Shown here in pieces: positions 61,166-64,000 of a stretch of 64,000 bases of DNA. Position 1 is the first letter of the stretch. Each line of letters begins with the position of its first letter. Under the pieces are notes generated by a model. It saw only the letters and a list, made by a program, of their open reading frames with translations. It was not told where the DNA came from and ran no database searches. Origin of the DNA: Vicugna vicugna (Eukaryota); contig MU061904.1 of assembly GCA_013265495.1 (NCBI GenBank), forward strand, positions 1,054,001-1,118,000, in the 5' to 3' direction. The translations under genes were made by a program, and so were the position numbers.

Positions 61166-64000
61166 ATGTGCGGTTAAGTAAAGTACTAAAGTTCTTTTAC
61201 TTTTAACCATTTGATGAAAACCCTTATACAATTACAGCCATCCTTCTTTTTTGTTTTTTTAAAAACATGACACTGAACAGAAATTAAGCTCCGCTTATTA
61301 ATTTGGGCTATCACTATAGAGAGCAATCACTCGACCCTGCCTATCAGACACGTGCAATGTCCTCCGAAGCTGTTCAAATAGCAGTGCTTTTTGCCACTAT
61401 ATTTAAGTGGCCTCAACACGCTATGCTTTTTGAAGCTTTTCCTTTTCTGATATTAGCTGTCGGTTCTGTTTGCAGCTGCTGCCATATTTTACATACAAAT
61501 GTCTGGTGAGGTTCTGAAATTAATTCTATCTCCTAAGCAGAATAAAATAAAATACATGGACTTGGTTACAATTCATAAGTCTTTCCTGCTTACTTCTGAC
61601 CTGTGACTACACTCTGATTCTATTTATTTAACAGACTCCTTGTACCACCCACAACATTCTACATAAAATCTGAGATGGTTCTATTAGTTTTAAATGAGTA
61701 TCTTAAGGATTTTCATTTAGTTCTAAGTTTCAAATATTAATCATGAGTAATGGCTCGAAGACCAGCTCCAATTTAAACCTCAGGGCATGTTTTTTAATCC
61801 ATTTAGGATTAAAGCTGGACTTCATCTTACTTGATATGCTGTGATAGGGCCATAATTTAGATTCACTGTTTCAGAGTTCATGGCAGCAAAACTCAAACAC
61901 ACTGGCAGCCACGGTGTATATGCTTGCGCAGCAAGGCATAGCTCCCTGAACCTAAGAGTGGAAGGATAATTTAAGTACAGCCTTTAGTTTATATAAGACA
62001 ACTGGAGTTCCTTCCCCACAACAAACTTTGAATAATGTTTATAATTTAGCAATCAACTGAAATGATGAAAGAATTACCACAGTTGAAATAAAATATTTAT
62101 GTATTTCAAACCAGTAGAATTGTATCTTCAAAAACTAAAATAAGCTAAGATAAACCTCGTTCTGAATTAGGGATGGATACAAATAAAATGGGGGATTTGT
62201 TTATTTGGGTTTTTCAGCCTCTTTTCTTCTCTTTAAAGATTTAATGAACTTTCATGTGAAATAAGCACAGTTTACTAAATTAAAGGACTTGATTACGTGT
62301 TCTTTAAAAGTAACTAGCTGGGTAAACAATAAAGCAAGTTATCCAGGAGTCAAGAAAAGAAAAACTACTTCAGACTGTTTTATGAATATTCTTCCAAAAT
62401 CANNNNNNNNNNNNNNNNNNNNNNNNNNNNNNNNNNNNNNNNNNNNNNNNNNNNNNNNNNNNNNNNNNNNNNNNNNNNNNNNNNNNNNNNNNNNNNNNNN
62501 NNNNNNNNNNNNNNNNNNNNNNNNNNNNNNNNNNTCTCTGTATTTTTCCCTTCAAAACTCACAAGACCAATTCAACATAGAAATAAAAATTACTGTACTT
62601 TATGGCACCACTCACTTTGTGACACATTTATTTGCTGTCATGAAAGTCAGTGCCTGAACAAAGTAAATGAGATTTAGGGGAAATTTTTCTTTTTATATTT
62701 TAAACAGCACAAAATGTCCTTACCATTTGAGGAAACAAGAATTTACCCACCTCAAATGAGGAGATTTTCAAACTAAGTGAGAGACCTAAGTATTTACATG
62801 TAAACATTACAAGGAAGATTTCCAAACAGCTTTCCAATCAGTTATGATGCTGACCTTAGATCAGAATTACACTAACTACCACTTATAAGAAATGAAGCCT
62901 ATACAACAGAAAATATAACTTAAATTTAACCACTGATGTTCTTTCAGCTTTCCCTGACTTTGTGAATTAAAACACAGAGCAACAGCACACCCTGCTGGAA
63001 ATTAGTCATACAGCTAGAGCAGTCAGCAGCACTGGATCGTTAAAATTTCACCCAAGATGAGAATTACTTCAGAAACTCATTTCCCACTACATGATAAAAG
63101 AGGTTCACAGTATTACCATTAGGTGCCTATACATGTGATCTTACAGGTAAAATTAATAAATTAAAGGATATTGCTTTTTCCAGCCCATTTCCCTAGCCTC
63201 ACACAGCCCCAACTACCCCAGGTGATTTTACAATTTTTTATTTTAATCCTAAACAAAAACATTTTAAAATCTACTTTCTGTAAAGAGAAACTGGTAATCA
63301 AATAAGGAGAATTTGAGGCCACTTTCTAATGTGATTGCCTAAAGCACCCCTAGCTCCTTTGCAACCCAAGATCTCTTGGCCTCAGAAACATCCCTGAAGA
63401 CTATCGTTAAGAATTCACAAGGCAGCCTAGTAGTCTGTGAGCCTCAATTTACACACCATTGGCAAAATGCCTACACAGATTCTGGAATTCAAAATATGCA
63501 GACCATATTAAGAAACCACATGCCATGAAACTCCCATCCAGCATACTTCAACATTTGTACAGACATGAAAAATCACAGAAGCCATTGTCAACAACATAAT
63601 CCAGCTCAGTGCTCTCTCTATAACAAACTCACAGGAATCAGGGGATGAACAGGAAGGAACCAGAGTTTAAGTGTGCTCTCCTCGCTACAGAAAGCAAGCT
63701 CCTTGGGACACTGAGATCCTTCCTTAGAGAAAACAGCTATCCTAGCATTGATCTACATTGTTCTGAGCGACTAGTGTTCACTTCTTGGCTCCTTGCTCCC
63801 ACATCTAAAAGGTTTTGACTGACTTGTGGTCAGCCTGGAGGGCACTCTATCACAAAGGCCAGCAACTCTGAAAAACCAATGAAGAAGGCCAAGGAAGATC
63901 AAACGCTTCAGTGCAGTTTTTCGTTAAGTACAGAAGTAACAATTATCTTAGATCTTTTTTCCTGAAGTTATCTCCAGTAGTAGTATTTGGTTTATTATTT

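Larger units (their letters stand above)
54542..64000 (-). other. CDC5L: CDC5L long upstream intron (partial; the next exon is beyond the window)
   Basis: I found no sequence encoding the preceding ...RIESLEKRLE. The region is AT-rich, with an A-rich plus strand consistent with a minus-strand transcription unit. Confidence 0.75.

Noticed and set aside
54542-64000. Further CDC5L coding exons
   Set aside because: I found no reading frame matching the upstream ...RIESLEKRLE, although the gaps at 59537-59671 and 62403-62534 cannot be inspected.

Overview
Mammalian genomic DNA, most likely camelid (camel or alpaca), judged from three short tRNA-derived Vic-1-type SINEs and camelid-like L1 3' ends. 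The only protein-coding gene I can support is the 3' end of CDC5L (Prp19-complex splicing factor) on the minus strand. Its last exon CDS is at 53476-53580 ([34 protein letters not shown]). The penultimate exon starts at 54541 (INRGHMT...), and most of it lies inside a 204-nt N gap. Positions 54542-64000 are intron. Positions 1-53000 are gene-free downstream DNA, which in human runs toward SUPT3H/RUNX2. That region is dense in fossil transposons (L1, L2, MIR, MLT1, ERVL LTRs, MER5/MER3/MER33/MER58/MER81, Tigger) and has several unique, motif-rich patches that look like enhancers. There are 11 assembly gaps. Apart from L1/L2 remnants, the ORF track is noise and misses both real exons. I cannot support a novel multi-gene system here. 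The best leads are a CpG-retaining, strand-asymmetric hairpin pair in the CDC5L intron (59883-59994), candidate developmental enhancers (22260-22570, 26540-26705), a U-poor C-rich 3' splice site, and an L1-in-L1 insertion with a visible target-site duplication. Repeat family names come from memory of consensus sequences, not from a RepeatMasker run, and repeat boundaries are approximate.
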